A program made the translations under genes and the position numbers. A stretch of DNA of 63,998 nt, filler included, from Asterionella formosa (lineage: Eukaryota), in the NCBI GenBank assembly GCA_002256025.1. It is 17 parts of 17 records of this genome, joined end to end, with 100 filler letters (N's around TTAATTAATTAA, not from the genome) between each part and the next. Parts side by side here need not be neighbours in the genome. Positions count along the whole stretch, not along the records: positions 34,008 to 37,673 come from NKIB01013979.1; positions 37,774 to 41,439 come from NKIB01013980.1; positions 41,540 to 45,205 come from NKIB01013982.1; positions 45,306 to 48,968 come from NKIB01013983.1; 13 more parts are not named here. The stretch is one strand, 5' to 3'. The notes under the pieces were generated by a model. The model ran no database searches, was not told where the DNA came from, and saw only the letters and a list, made by a program, of their open reading frames with translations. This document shows, in pieces, positions 37,078 to 48,779 of the stretch. Positions within the stretch are counted from its first letter, which is position 1. Each line of letters opens with the position of its first letter.

Positions 37078-37773
37078 GATATTTGCTGTCGTTGCAGTGC
37101 TGTGTTGGCGAGAGAAAAATAAGAATAACCGGTAGCTAAACTTTGCTTGCTTCTTAACAAGCAAGTATCAGTATCAGTCTCTACTAATTTGCTTTAGGCT
37201 TCTGGATTGGTAACTGGAATGGACCTTGTTCGGCACATATTTGGCAAACAATACTACCATCCTCGTCAGTAGACATAATTCCACCAGTGTTGATTTGAGT
37301 AATAATAATCACGTAAAAATATTGGGTTGCCTACTACTAGTAGTAGTACAGTTACCTAGTAGTACCGGTAGTAACCTACATTAGCTACATCATGAAAACT
37401 GGGAAGAGCTTTTTTACCGGAAAGTGTGAGTTCTTTATGTGATGTGTACAACCGTAAAACTTCGATCTCAGATGGATGACATTAGACACCACAAATATCA
37501 TTACTATTTCATTAAGTAAAATGCGTGTCGTGAATGAATTAGCCTCAAGAGCAGGATCTTAGTTGAACTTTCAAATGAATTATTTGAAACATCAACTAAT
37601 TCAGTCTCGCGTTCAAAATTCATTGTGAAAACTTCACATGAAACAGTTAAAACTTCACATGAAACCGTTAAAANNNNNNNNNNNNNNNNNNNNNNNNNNN
37701 NNNNNNNNNNNNNNNNNTTAATTAATTAANNNNNNNNNNNNNNNNNNNNNNNNNNNNNNNNNNNNNNNNNNNN

Positions 37774-39450
37774 TTCTTAGATGAAATGTGCCCTGACATT
37801 AATATGCTTTGTCTGTGCACCCACATGTTGGTTCTTTCCCAAATAGATAGCTCCTAAATTGTCTTCGTATACAAGCCCAACCAATTTCTCCTCTTTTGGA
37901 TAATTCATCACTTCTTCTACTAGTAGCATGGATATGAGCTTGTTCTCACATGCTCCTTTTGCCAAACTGTTATACTCGACTTCTGGTCTGTGCTTGACAA
38001 TGTAAATACATGTTGTGTCATCGACTCCACGTTCACCAATGTACCACCGATTGTTTGTAGATCAGATGAATGCTCTTCCTGTCATCAATATTCTTTGCAT
38101 AGCTAGTCTGAGTCCACAAATGATACAGGCCTCAGCTCCTTTGGGTTCCGATAAGTCAACCCATCATAGTATCTTGCTTTAATGTGGTGTCCAATCAGCC
38201 TTTCAAGGGCTCTCCAGTGCTCCTTGCCTATGTTTGACAGATGTTGCGCCAACTCTCGTGCGGGGTCTGCCAGATCTGGTGCCAAATTTGTCATCAAATA
38301 CATTACTTTCCCAACTATAGAACTATATTCCGTCATTTTTCTAGCTTCTCCTTGATTTTTACTGAGAAACTTGTTTTGATATCCTGGTGTCTCTGACTCC
38401 TTAACATTCTTCCCAATTATAGTTTCGAATGATTCAACAATTTTATCCTCCAACTTTGTCATTACACTAACCACAATGTAGGTGGCTTCACCGTTTTCAT
38501 TAGTATTCCATTCATACGATATGCCAAGATGCTCTTCAATCTTCCCAAATCCAAAATATTGAACCTCTTCTGCAATTCCAACTTGAAAAATCTTTGTCTT
38601 CTTTCCAATCAATCAATGGTCATAAACATGTATTACTTCTTCATCCACTTTACTCTTCCAGTAATATAAACATGGATCCACCAAGCCCTGAGTCATCTTC
38701 ATTTCCTTCATCAAGTTTTTGCACAGTGTCTTTTCATAAAAAGTTTTGGGACATCGACTCCACCATACATGGCTCTTGTCAGCTTGATGGCTGGTTAAGG
38801 TTTAGGGCTCTTGTTGGTCCCTCCAAAACCAAAATCTGCCTGCTGCCAAGTCCGCCCTTTCCCTCCTGAGAAAACGCATTTCTCCCAGCCACTAAACATA
38901 CTGCTCACAGGGCATTCTTCAAATGAAGGCGTGTTCCTCCGCCTTCCACAACCTTTCCCTACCTTTCTACCACTTCTAAGCCCAGAACCTTCAGAACTTA
39001 AAAAACCAAGAAATTGTTCCCTTTTGCTGCCATCCACTCATCTTACCATCAGGCGCCAACGATAGGAACATCACTTTCGTCTGCTCCTTGTTCTACTGCA
39101 TTAGGATCTCAAGTATTTCCTTTCTCAACAACTCGGAATCTAGTACCAGCCAGCAGATTCTTCATTTCGTAACCAACATGAATTGACTATTCATTTATTT
39201 TCTAAGCCTGTCTCCACTTTCAATGACAAGCCTCATCCTTTCCAGCAATTTTTTGCTTTCACCCTGTGTTTCTTCTATCTGTTTGATTATCAGAAAAATC
39301 GATAATCTGCCTGCCTTGCACCAGCTTCCCATTCTTCTTCAGCTATCAATTCATTAGTATGCATCTGAACATTAATATTTTCTTGATATCCTCATTTTTA
39401 GCATCCAAGATATTCTTGTCACATTTTCTTCTGAGACAGTAGTATGCATC
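37774..39450 (-). mobile_element. Heavily decayed Copia (gag remnant, RT, RNase H)
   Basis: IKLTRAMYGGVD, DPCLYY, SIVGKVMYL...PDL...RELAQH, FVDSD and YEDNLGAIYL..NQHVG.QTKHINVRAHFI. Confidence 0.9.
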
Positions 39451-40012
39451 AAATATCTAAGATGTTGACTTCCTGATCGAGGCAGTTACAGATGTGTATT
39501 TTTTTGTTCCAAGGAAATTTAATTCGGAGCTTCTAACATTACAGAGTTGTTTGGAAGAAATATTACAATGCCATGGTGGCAACAATTATAAGATTCCACA
39601 TATGGGGAAAGAAACATTGTAGAGAGAGAGAGGGGTTGTTACCTATTCAATTAGGGACACCATCGGAACAGGCAATCGAATTTGCACATGCATTCATGGA
39701 GGATTTCATTGATGACAATAGTGTGATTTTAGAGATTCACAATGAGGAATAGTTAATTGTTTTTTGTTTTCATTCTAGGAGGATGCATGCATGGAGGTGG
39801 GATTTTGGCAGCTGACGCCCTAATGGCTGCATAGTAGAAACAATGTACCTTCCCCACCATGAAAGAATAAATGGTTTTTCTTATTCATACACATTAAGAA
39901 GCTTATACCTAGCATTCATTTACTTTTATATTATGAACAATGAAGAATGAAAACTTCAAGTCGAAAGCAAAGTATAAGTCTGTAGCATTTAGAATACTTT
40001 ACTATTCTATTT

Positions 40013-40785
40013 CTATGACCTCCTCCTCTTCGTTGCATTCCTCTTACGCTTTCTAGATGGTTTTATACTCTCAACATCAATAAACTCCTGGTGTTTAATG
40101 ATTTCGTCGGAGAAAGAAAAATTTGCTACTCCAAATCCACGTTTGCTCTTGGCTGTGTCTCACAGAGACAGCCAGCCATCCAAGGAATTTTCCAACAACT
40201 CTTGCACCTCGTCGTCAGCATACCTCCCAATGTAAAGAAGGGGAGCCTTGTTTTTGATCAAATTTCTGCCAAGTTACCCAACCCAATACCAAGCCTTGAC
40301 ATCCTCTGCTGTGCCTTCTCTAATATCTATTAACAAAATAACTGCAGTAGCAGCCTCTGGTTCATCTGTCAATTCAATAACAATGCTGACTTCAGGGCAA
40401 TGGCTTAATTGAGTAGCAGCCACAGCACCTCGCTCATGAGGTCGTGGTGGGTTCAATTCCTGCATTCTCCACCTGTCTTTCTTTTATGTAGTCCCTATCT
40501 GTGGTTCTATGGGGTGAGGCTGATGAAGAGACAAGTCCCATTGTACCATATGGACAAGTAAAAATGGCACTTCTTGACTTGTGTTCATTCAAGTGGGCAT
40601 GAGTGCGATTATTGGATAGCTTTAACATATTATTAAGAATTTAATTAGCCAACATTATTATTATTCACAACGCTGACTTCAAGAAAACTCATTATGCTAC
40701 CTGGCACTACATTCCGGCTGCAGACATGGTGAATGTCACTGTTGTTGGCCTTGAGGCCGCCCCAGACTTGCCCATCCATTTTCAT
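40013..40785 (-). pseudogene. Second HIRAN-like passenger ORF, split by the SINE
   Basis: Removing the SINE and one TSD joins MDGQVWGGLKANNSDIHHVCSRNVVPGSIMSFLEVS to IVIELTDEPEAATAVILLIDIREGT...WVG*LGRN. After a frameshift it continues VQELLENS...KRGFGVANFSF...RKRKR. Collinear with 32008-32425. Confidence 0.7.
40395..40666 (+). mobile_element. Full-length 272-bp tRNA-Ala-derived SINE
   Basis: Head GGGCAATGGCTTAATTG...GTGGGTTCAATTCCTGCATTCTCCA (A and B boxes); tail ATTATTATTATTC; 15-bp TSD ACAATGCTGACTTCA (40380-40394) and ACAACGCTGACTTCA (40667-40681). Confidence 0.9.
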
Positions 40786-41637
40786 GTTGCCAAATTTTCG
40801 TTTCTTTGCAAGGCAGTTTTTCTCCTGTTTGGTTGTAGTCAGCCAATCTTGATTATCATGTACCACTCCATTAGTATAAAGCAAAACAACTATTCTGGCT
40901 AGAGAAGGGAGATACAAGTAAATTCAATAGCCCTAAATGATGCACATGTATCGCTATTTAGCGTTATTCTCTCGCCTAAATACCGGCATACTAAAAACCC
41001 AACCGACGTACCCATAGTATTCATCATATCGCGTACAGTAGAATAATTATATTGCCTCTTACACAGAGGACTTCTTTTAAGGACGTGGATCGAGCCGGGG
41101 TACCTGGTAGTCGCTGAGTGTGTTGCATCTATCCCGGAACATAGGGAGTACCGGTATAGCTCCCTCATTTTACTGGAGTACCGGTATGTGGAATGGTGTA
41201 TACTACTACAATGCACAACTTTTCCGAAGGATTGTATTTGCTGTACTACGGTACCGGTACATTCGCACGGTTGCAAAAAGAAACAGGAGTTTACGTTGGT
41301 TATCATCAGCAATACTTGCTTGTTCTTCCCATTGCTACGGCCAACAACTTGACCGAGGGATTAACTTAATAATACCGGTAGCCTAGCATATACAGTGTTA
41401 TATTTAGAAAATACTATATTCCAACCATGCGCTTGTCCANNNNNNNNNNNNNNNNNNNNNNNNNNNNNNNNNNNNNNNNNNNNTTAATTAATTAANNNNN
41501 NNNNNNNNNNNNNNNNNNNNNNNNNNNNNNNNNNNNNNNATGCATTACCAGTGAGTTAACTCTTATATTGACTGGTACAGGATATGTAAACTAAAAATTA
41601 TAGTACATATCAAGGCAAGGACCAAGCGTAATAGATA

Positions 41638-44600
41638 TCAATCGCCCTTGGTGGAGGCGGACAGGACAGCATCCTCTAATTCTTCCTTTGACTCTTCCGA
41701 TGGAAGTAACAACATGAGCTTTTGTTGTCCCTCTTTTCCACGGCCAAAAATGTTGACCACTCTTGGAAGTTGCTCCTTTTCGAGTTCACGCAGGTCCAGA
41801 GGTGAGAGTCCTGCAAGACCTGCATGTCCTGCCAAAAAAATGTATCCAGCTGGGGCATCGCCCTCATCAAAGTCGTCTGTTGTAAGCCACCAAAGCAATC
41901 TCCTACCGTGAACAACAGCGAACACAGCTTCCCACTGCCAACTCTTTTCCTGAGATGATACCTTTCGCTTAAGGGTCGTCCTCATTCCGACTGATGCATA
42001 CCACTGCGCCTTCCACAATCGTTCCAGTCGAGCAAGGCGCTTTTTGTGTGCCATCTTGGAGCTCGCCATTTCTCCTATTCGTCGACTTTCCCAGAAATAC
42101 GCCTTACGAAGATCTTCGTCTGTGGGTAAACCTCGCAATGCATTCAAAATCCAAATCACCAACGGACTAACAGATGTTGCTTGTGTAGACAACAATGGTT
42201 CGGCTTTGGGTATCGCCTTTCCTGGTGAACGATTCGCCGACAAGAAAGCAGAATAAAATGTTGCTGAGTACTGTCCAATTCCTGCGACAAGGATTAACAC
42301 TCGAGTTGGCACTAGGGCTAAGAACAACCAAATTATCACCAATAGGAGCAACACAATCGATGACTTGTATGGATCCTGTGCAGGGAATAGAGTTCAGTGA
42401 GTTTCCGGTGTAATAACCAATGGAGACCCTTCTCGTGCTATAACATACCGTAAAGTTGAAGGCGTTGCGTACCCCTTCCACAATATCTAAAATTGATCCA
42501 AGCGAGTTCTGAATGGCGGCGATATTTCCCGTCAACCCTCGCATGGTATTGATGGCACCAATTGAGCTGCCAATTAGATCGATTTTACTTGCCGCTGCCT
42601 TCACAGCGCTTCGCATCAATTCCTCCGTTACCACGATAGATGCTTCTCGGTTGGTGTCTGTAACAATCAAAGAAGCATCGGGGCACTTCCATTTGAAATG
42701 TAGATAAATTAAAGGTGCATCATTGCTTTCAACCCCACCATCTTCCTTGCCCCCAACTGGGACGGAATGCGTCGCACCAGTGTCTAGTACCTGGAACCAT
42801 CCTTTGATTTCCCCACTGTCAGCGATCCGTGAAATCGGGATAGACACCTCGCCAAGGACGTCATCAAGGCGAAGCTTGTTGATCACGTCACTCATACGAA
42901 CTTGAACTACAATCGCCCCCGGGCACGTTGACCAAGGTTCCAGCCCATATCGAAAGTTTGGTGACCCATCCTCTGTTAAAGACTTCTCGGGGATTTCAAT
43001 TGCATGCATTGGTTGAGGGACTGGAAATTCGACTGCTACGTTTTTTTCTCGGTTTTTATCAGACTCAAGTGCGAAGAACGAACCCTCCCTCGGAAGTAGC
43101 TGCTGCAGTCTCTTCGTTTCGTCGCTCGGTATCATTTGCGTCCAAACTGGATTTGCGGTGTAAAGATAATTTGTATCTCCAATAGTATGGGCGCTCTTGA
43201 GAACCTTATCAACTGAACATAGCTGAGACACCTCTTTTTCGTTTTTCACGTATCTCGTTGGGTCCCAAATAATATGGCATCCCACGCTGCCAGGTAGCCC
43301 TAGGTCGCGAGATCTGAGATTCTTTCCCCGCCTCAAAGAAACTTCAATAAGCCCTAGGGGCCGATGAAATGAATAATTCACAGTCGCCTCTTTTTCAGCT
43401 TGGGTTCGAGATTCCCTCTCTCGTTCAATGAATCGATCTTTGAGGTGCCCTGATGTCCTCACATATGCAAGGTAAAACATGTAACAGACGAGCGAAAAAA
43501 CCGGAAGACTCCCAACATACTCCGTGTTGAATCTCAATGTCAGAGAAATGAAAACAACAAACGACAAGGCTGTCAAAGCTGGATCTTTCCAACTCACAAC
43601 ATAAAGGTACCCATTGAAAGACTTTTTAATATCACGAAGAATATTGGCGATTCGTCCAATATGTATTTGGAACAAGTCCGTATTGAGGTCGTCGGGTGGT
43701 CTAGGAGGACATTCAATCGGAGTTGCACCAAATAATTCATCTGCACTTTCTTTGACACATGCATCGATTGACAGCCAACCAGTAATTTCTCCAGCCCTGC
43801 CTTCGCCTTTTCCGAGTTTTGTCTTTGCAGGAATATAATAGTCAGAACCAAAACCACTTTTCAACCCCGCCCGAAGCTCCAGCGCCAGGCGCCTCTGCTT
43901 GGTGAATCGTTCTGGATGCCGTAATCCACGGACAAATGCAAATAATCCTTTCTCAGCGATCATTTCGTCACGTTGTAGCTGCAGGAGCGACTGCGCAGTA
44001 AGTAAGGTCGAACCGATTGGTTTTTCGGATGAAGCGTCCACCAACTCGAGTCGATATTCCATTGCATAGTCTGGAACATTGAGAATAAATTCATCAGAAT
44101 CAAAGACAGGGGCTCCCGAATTTTGAACCAGCTTTGTCCTTACGCTCTTCTGGTTCTTCCCTCTTGGAGTAATACGAACATAAAGATCTGCTTGTCTCAG
44201 TTTTTGTTCATTGTCGAAGATATCCGTTGGGTCTGAGTCTGGATGCAGATTTTGGGCAAAGAGTCTTGCGTAGTGAATATTGATCTTAATTACACCGATT
44301 CCTTTCGCGGTTGAATCATTTTCACTTTCAGATTCAAAAGAAGCATTGATGCCAGGTTTCTTATTATGTCTACTTATGTGGGGCTGCTTCCAAGCCGCCT
44401 GATCCTTGTGCGATTCATCGAAAGGCGCCAGTGTTGCAAGCATATTGTTAACTGTCATCTTGTTTTGAATAGACTTTTCTACGGCCGCCTTAGCTTGGCC
44501 AGAACCACATGGAATCTGTATATCAATTTGAAGCTGACAATCTACGCAGCAATCAATGTTACAAACTTCACATCGGTACCCACGTTTCCAACCTATGATT

Positions 44601-45205
44601 GATTTGGAGCAGACGCTGCAATTTGCCGGAACCCAGAATGAATGTACCCTTAGAAGATGGGGTTTATTTCTTGAGGTTAGCATATATGACAACGAGCTAT
44701 TCGTTCCTCGACTTCGACGACTGTGGCGGCTTCCATCCATGGACTCATCGTGGGATTCTGTCCTCTCCACCTTGTTGTGGTTGGACACAATCGCCCTCGC
44801 TTCGACTACTGATTCATCTGGCGCATTACTTGTATCGTCATCTTCAGCTGGAAAGAATGCAGCTTCTAATAATATAAGAGGTGTATGTCCATCTCTTAAT
44901 TTCATCGAGTCCGTGAGAGGTGACGCTGCTTCAGCTTGAAACCACTGCTTCTTCCACGTTCCAGGCTCCTGCAGTAATGGCTCACATGAAAGTGTCAATG
45001 AGAATATGGCAAACTCTAGCAGCTTGATTGGATTAAACATGAGATCAATTTTGATGAACGGTACTGGTGTTTCGCAGCTATTCCATGCATGCACCATGGA
45101 GCAAACTGATGCTTCATTGAGTTGATCCCATCGAGCAATTACCCCGTGTTCTAACGGACCACCAATAGTTGTGGACCGTTCTGATCTAATGCGGCCTTTC
45201 CACGG
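41638..45205 (-). CDS. Large C1 + multi-C2 + TM + PH-like protein (MCTP-like), 5'-truncated; intron 42376-42448
   Basis: C1 finger HLL...CSVC...GYRCEVCNIDCCVDC; several C2 domains; VVSWKDP..T plus TM hairpin; PH-like tail. A 73-nt GTATGT...CACAG phase-0 intron joins the two ORFs (NFT/DPYKS). Confidence 0.9.
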
Positions 45206-45305
45206 NNNNNNNNNNNNNNNNNNNNNNNNNNNNNNNNNNNNNNNNNNNNTTAATTAATTAANNNNNNNNNNNNNNNNNNNNNNNNNNNNNNNNNNNNNNN
45301 NNNNN

Positions 45306-45487
45306 TGATAATATAACAATTGCCTTGTTTGAACTTCCATTGCCTTTTTAAAGGCTTCACAGAAGGCCGCAGCGTGTTTTCTGTTGAACCCAATCCATTT
45401 AGCAAGCGTCTGCAACGAATCTTTGCTCGCGCCATCTGCCAACGCAGTCAAGCGCTTTTCAAGTTTCTCTGCCCATGGTGAAGACAT
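45306..45487 (-). CDS. CTD-interacting domain (CID/RPR) protein N-terminus, 3'-truncated
   Basis: LEKRL..L...SKDSLQTLAKWIGFNRKHA matches the RPRD1/Rtt103-type S..SIQTLS.W...H.KHA motif. Confidence 0.8.
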
Positions 45488-46153
45488 TCTTCAAATTCAC
45501 ATGCCGATGATGGAATGATAGGGCGGGAGGAGTTGGAATTGTCGATCCGCCATTGACAGATCGACTCCGCCGACCGCCTACGTAGGATTGGTTACGAGGG
45601 GAAGTGACTCTTTGTACACAAAAATATTACTACCGGTAAAACGTCTGGCATTACATACGTGCTAACACCGTGCATACTGTGTTATGTAGTATCCCCCCCC
45701 TACGCAACCTTGCTCATTGCTCCATGAGAAGCGTGCCAAAGAAGCATGAGAATACCACATGACACATAACACCTGCAACATGATGTGCTTCAAACTAGAT
45801 ACAACTAAAAGGGTAATTAATTTTGGTTATGAAAAGAATTTTTTAATTTCTTTGCAATGTTTAGACGAATTGTCACATTAGTGAGCTTGATTCAATCAAA
45901 AATTACTCTAGCTAGTACTGCTAACTGGGATGGGTTTTTTGCTCCGCTTTTCCTCAGGGCTGTTGACCTCGAAGTATGCTAACATCGTGCAATGAATGTT
46001 ACCATTTTACAGAAATAAATCGAAGAGTTGTCTGTATTTGAATGTAGCTAGTAGTGGAAATGACAATCAATTGGTTGAAAGCACCCTCTTCATCCAACAA
46101 CGAACCAGTGCCACAATGGAAATGTCACCCAACAAAGCATCAAATGTTATCAC

Positions 46154-46456
46154 AAGCGCCACAACAGGAACGAACAACATCTACAAATCAAGAACAAAAG
46201 GACTGTTTTCAGTACACACAAGTGATAACAAGCAAGCGCCCACAGCAAGCAACAAGCATGCAAGCACCAAAGTGACAATGATACTACCAGAAGATCTCCC
46301 TGCCAAGAACCAACACAAGGCATTATGAGCGCCGCAACAGCAATGACATCTACGAAATCAAGAACAAGACTGTTTTCAAAACACACAAATGCCCACAAAA
46401 ACAACAGCCAACAAGCACAATGGTACCAGAAGATCTCACTGCCAAGAACCAACACA
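46154..46456 (+). repeat. Two diverged tandem units of about 130-170 bp
   Basis: AGCGCC.CAACAG...ACATCTAC.AAATCAAGAACAA..GACTGTTTTCA...TACCAGAAGATCTC.CTGCCAAGAACCAACACA occurs twice. Confidence 0.85.
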
Positions 46457-48689
46457 TGGCAAAATGATAATCAATTCTACGATTTCATTAAGAAATACAT
46501 GGTTAACATAATACTACTCCTTTATATTTCAATGGCGAATGGATTGTTTGATTGATTTTCGACCAGAAATAGTACAGCTTCAACAGCAAATATCATGATA
46601 TACTGTCACACCATGATACATGAAAAATTACACAACGAAGCTAGTAAATCTGGTCCCAATATATTGTCCCTATTTTTGTATTAAAAAACTCACTCACTTA
46701 CTGTAACAGTCGTACATAGTCTCCAATGAATCCAAATAGACAGGCCTGTTGCCTTTAAAGGTTGTTTTTAGATCCGTAGTGGTCATAAAGTTACCGCCAT
46801 GGTCGTTTGAAAGTCACTAGCTTTGTCATGCGTGTTAATTGATTTTTCGGGGTATCAAATCAATTTTGACCGATGATTACTATAAACTTGTCTTCAAAAG
46901 TACTATAGGTTTTTATTGACAGGAAGCCAGAAAAAAGTTTTGCTTAGCTTTAACAACAAACCCGGAAAACTGGAAAACTTTGACTACGTGCATTGTTGCA
47001 AGTGAATCCCAACAATAAAGATACTGGAGCAATCCCCACACCCCAACCTAGCTATTGTCTTGCCTTTCGATGATATCTACGGGTATCAAAGTAATTGTTG
47101 GTATCTCAAAGTAATTTTTATTTAGGGGCAATATTTTTCATTGGTAAGTTTAGATATCGATATGCATCAGCCACATCAAAAAGCACGCCGGAGTGAAGAA
47201 AAATGATCAAACAAGAATGATTCGAGATGATGGTTTTAAGCAACCAAAGTATGAAGCGGAAATCAAAAGTTAAGAAGCAACAATGAAAAAAGAAATTGAG
47301 TTAATGGAAGAAACAATATAGTTTGATTATTGGTAGTACCATAATTCGCATGGAAGCGACCAAACAACAATCAACAGAACATATCATAATGAACCAACCA
47401 CAACAACAAGAGCAGTTCAATGATTCCTGTTGTCTTCCTGGGTGGTGTTTCTCAACTCAAGCTGATATCTCTTTTAGGGTACCAGATGTGGCTTCTGGTT
47501 CGCGTTGTCATTGTCGATTTATGATAATGTAGTTATCACAATAATTGTGATTAAATAGCCTACAGAAACAATGCTAGTTTTGAACAACAGAAAAGCCAAC
47601 AATTGAGCACTAAAACTTGCTGCCGAGATCTGATTTGAGTTGTTAGTGTAGGACACATAGAAAACATAATAAAGAATTGAAGTTAAAATTTAATGGCTGA
47701 TCATATCTGACGAAAATAACAAAATTTTGGCGCCACCATGACAGGCAAGTAAGTTTCAGCAGAAGTCGAATCATCCAACAACCAGCCACATCCATGAATC
47801 GTTACTTGATTCATCAATTAACGCAGTCTGTATGAGTCTGAACATGCTGAAAGATAATAGGGATGAATGTAGTGGAATTTCCGATAACACTTTACAGAAA
47901 ACCATCATTTCATCCATTCACATGATTCATCCTACTCTCTTCCAATTTCGGCAGTCAATTTTCCTTAAGTTAACAGCAGTCAATTGAGGGGATATAGATA
48001 TCAGTAATCAAATTACCTTAAATAAGCTGCCGTTGATTTCGGCAATAAAATCGGGGGGCTATTGAAAACATTGAAGGTAGTTTGGCAGTCAAAAAATGGA
48101 GTATATGAAATAAACAAAATATGTTTTAAAGAAGGGCAATTGCAGGATTGAGTACTGGTAGTCCAAAAATGGAGCACATGAAATATACAAAATATGTTTT
48201 ATATGAAGGGCAATTGGTAAATTCGCATCCAACATACAATCTATAGAAATAGGTTAAGTTTCTTGAAAGCCATAGTCATTTCCTGAAATTCATATTGTTT
48301 TCCTGAAAGTCATAGTCATATGCTGTGTGTTCTCATTTTTGCAATTAGAAGAATTCCGCTATTTATTTCGCTGAATCATGCTATGAATAGAAGATGTTTT
48401 TTATACATGATAAAATATGTTGCTGTCCAATAACACGTTGACCATTTCAGGAAAATGACTGCAACTTCCATGCAAGAGTCTATTGACTATTGCGACTAAT
48501 TTGACTAATTAGATTAGTAGTTTGGAACTTGAGGCTTCTCATTGAAGCTTCTCTGGCTTCTCGAATGAGGCTTTTCGAATTGAGGTTCACCTCTGGGTTT
48601 ACAAACTTATCTTTTATTCTTATAATTTCTGTTTTACAATTATTTGTAGACTGTATTACCTTAGGGTTGTGCACTGCAGGTACAACAAC

Positions 48690-48779
48690 CAGATGCGGTC
48701 ATTTTGCTTAAATAAACAATTTAATCTGGGATAAAAATATCTAAATTCTTAGATAAGCAAAATTTTCGCAACTTGCAGG
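48690..48779 (-). mobile_element. MITE family A copy
   Basis: TGCGGTCATTTTGCTTAA...TAATCTGGGATAAA...AGCAAAATTTTCGCAACTTGCAGG-TA. Confidence 0.8.

Larger units (their letters stand above)
39457..41150 (+). mobile_element. 3' half of a plant-type (DD39D-like) mariner element with convergent passenger ORF and nested SINE
   Basis: 39457-39655 translates to KDVDFLIEAV...LLTLQSCLEEILQCHGGNNYKIPHMGKE, the conserved C-terminus of plant-type mariners. Stowaway-like right end GGAACATAGGGAG-TA at 41136-41150. Confidence 0.8.
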
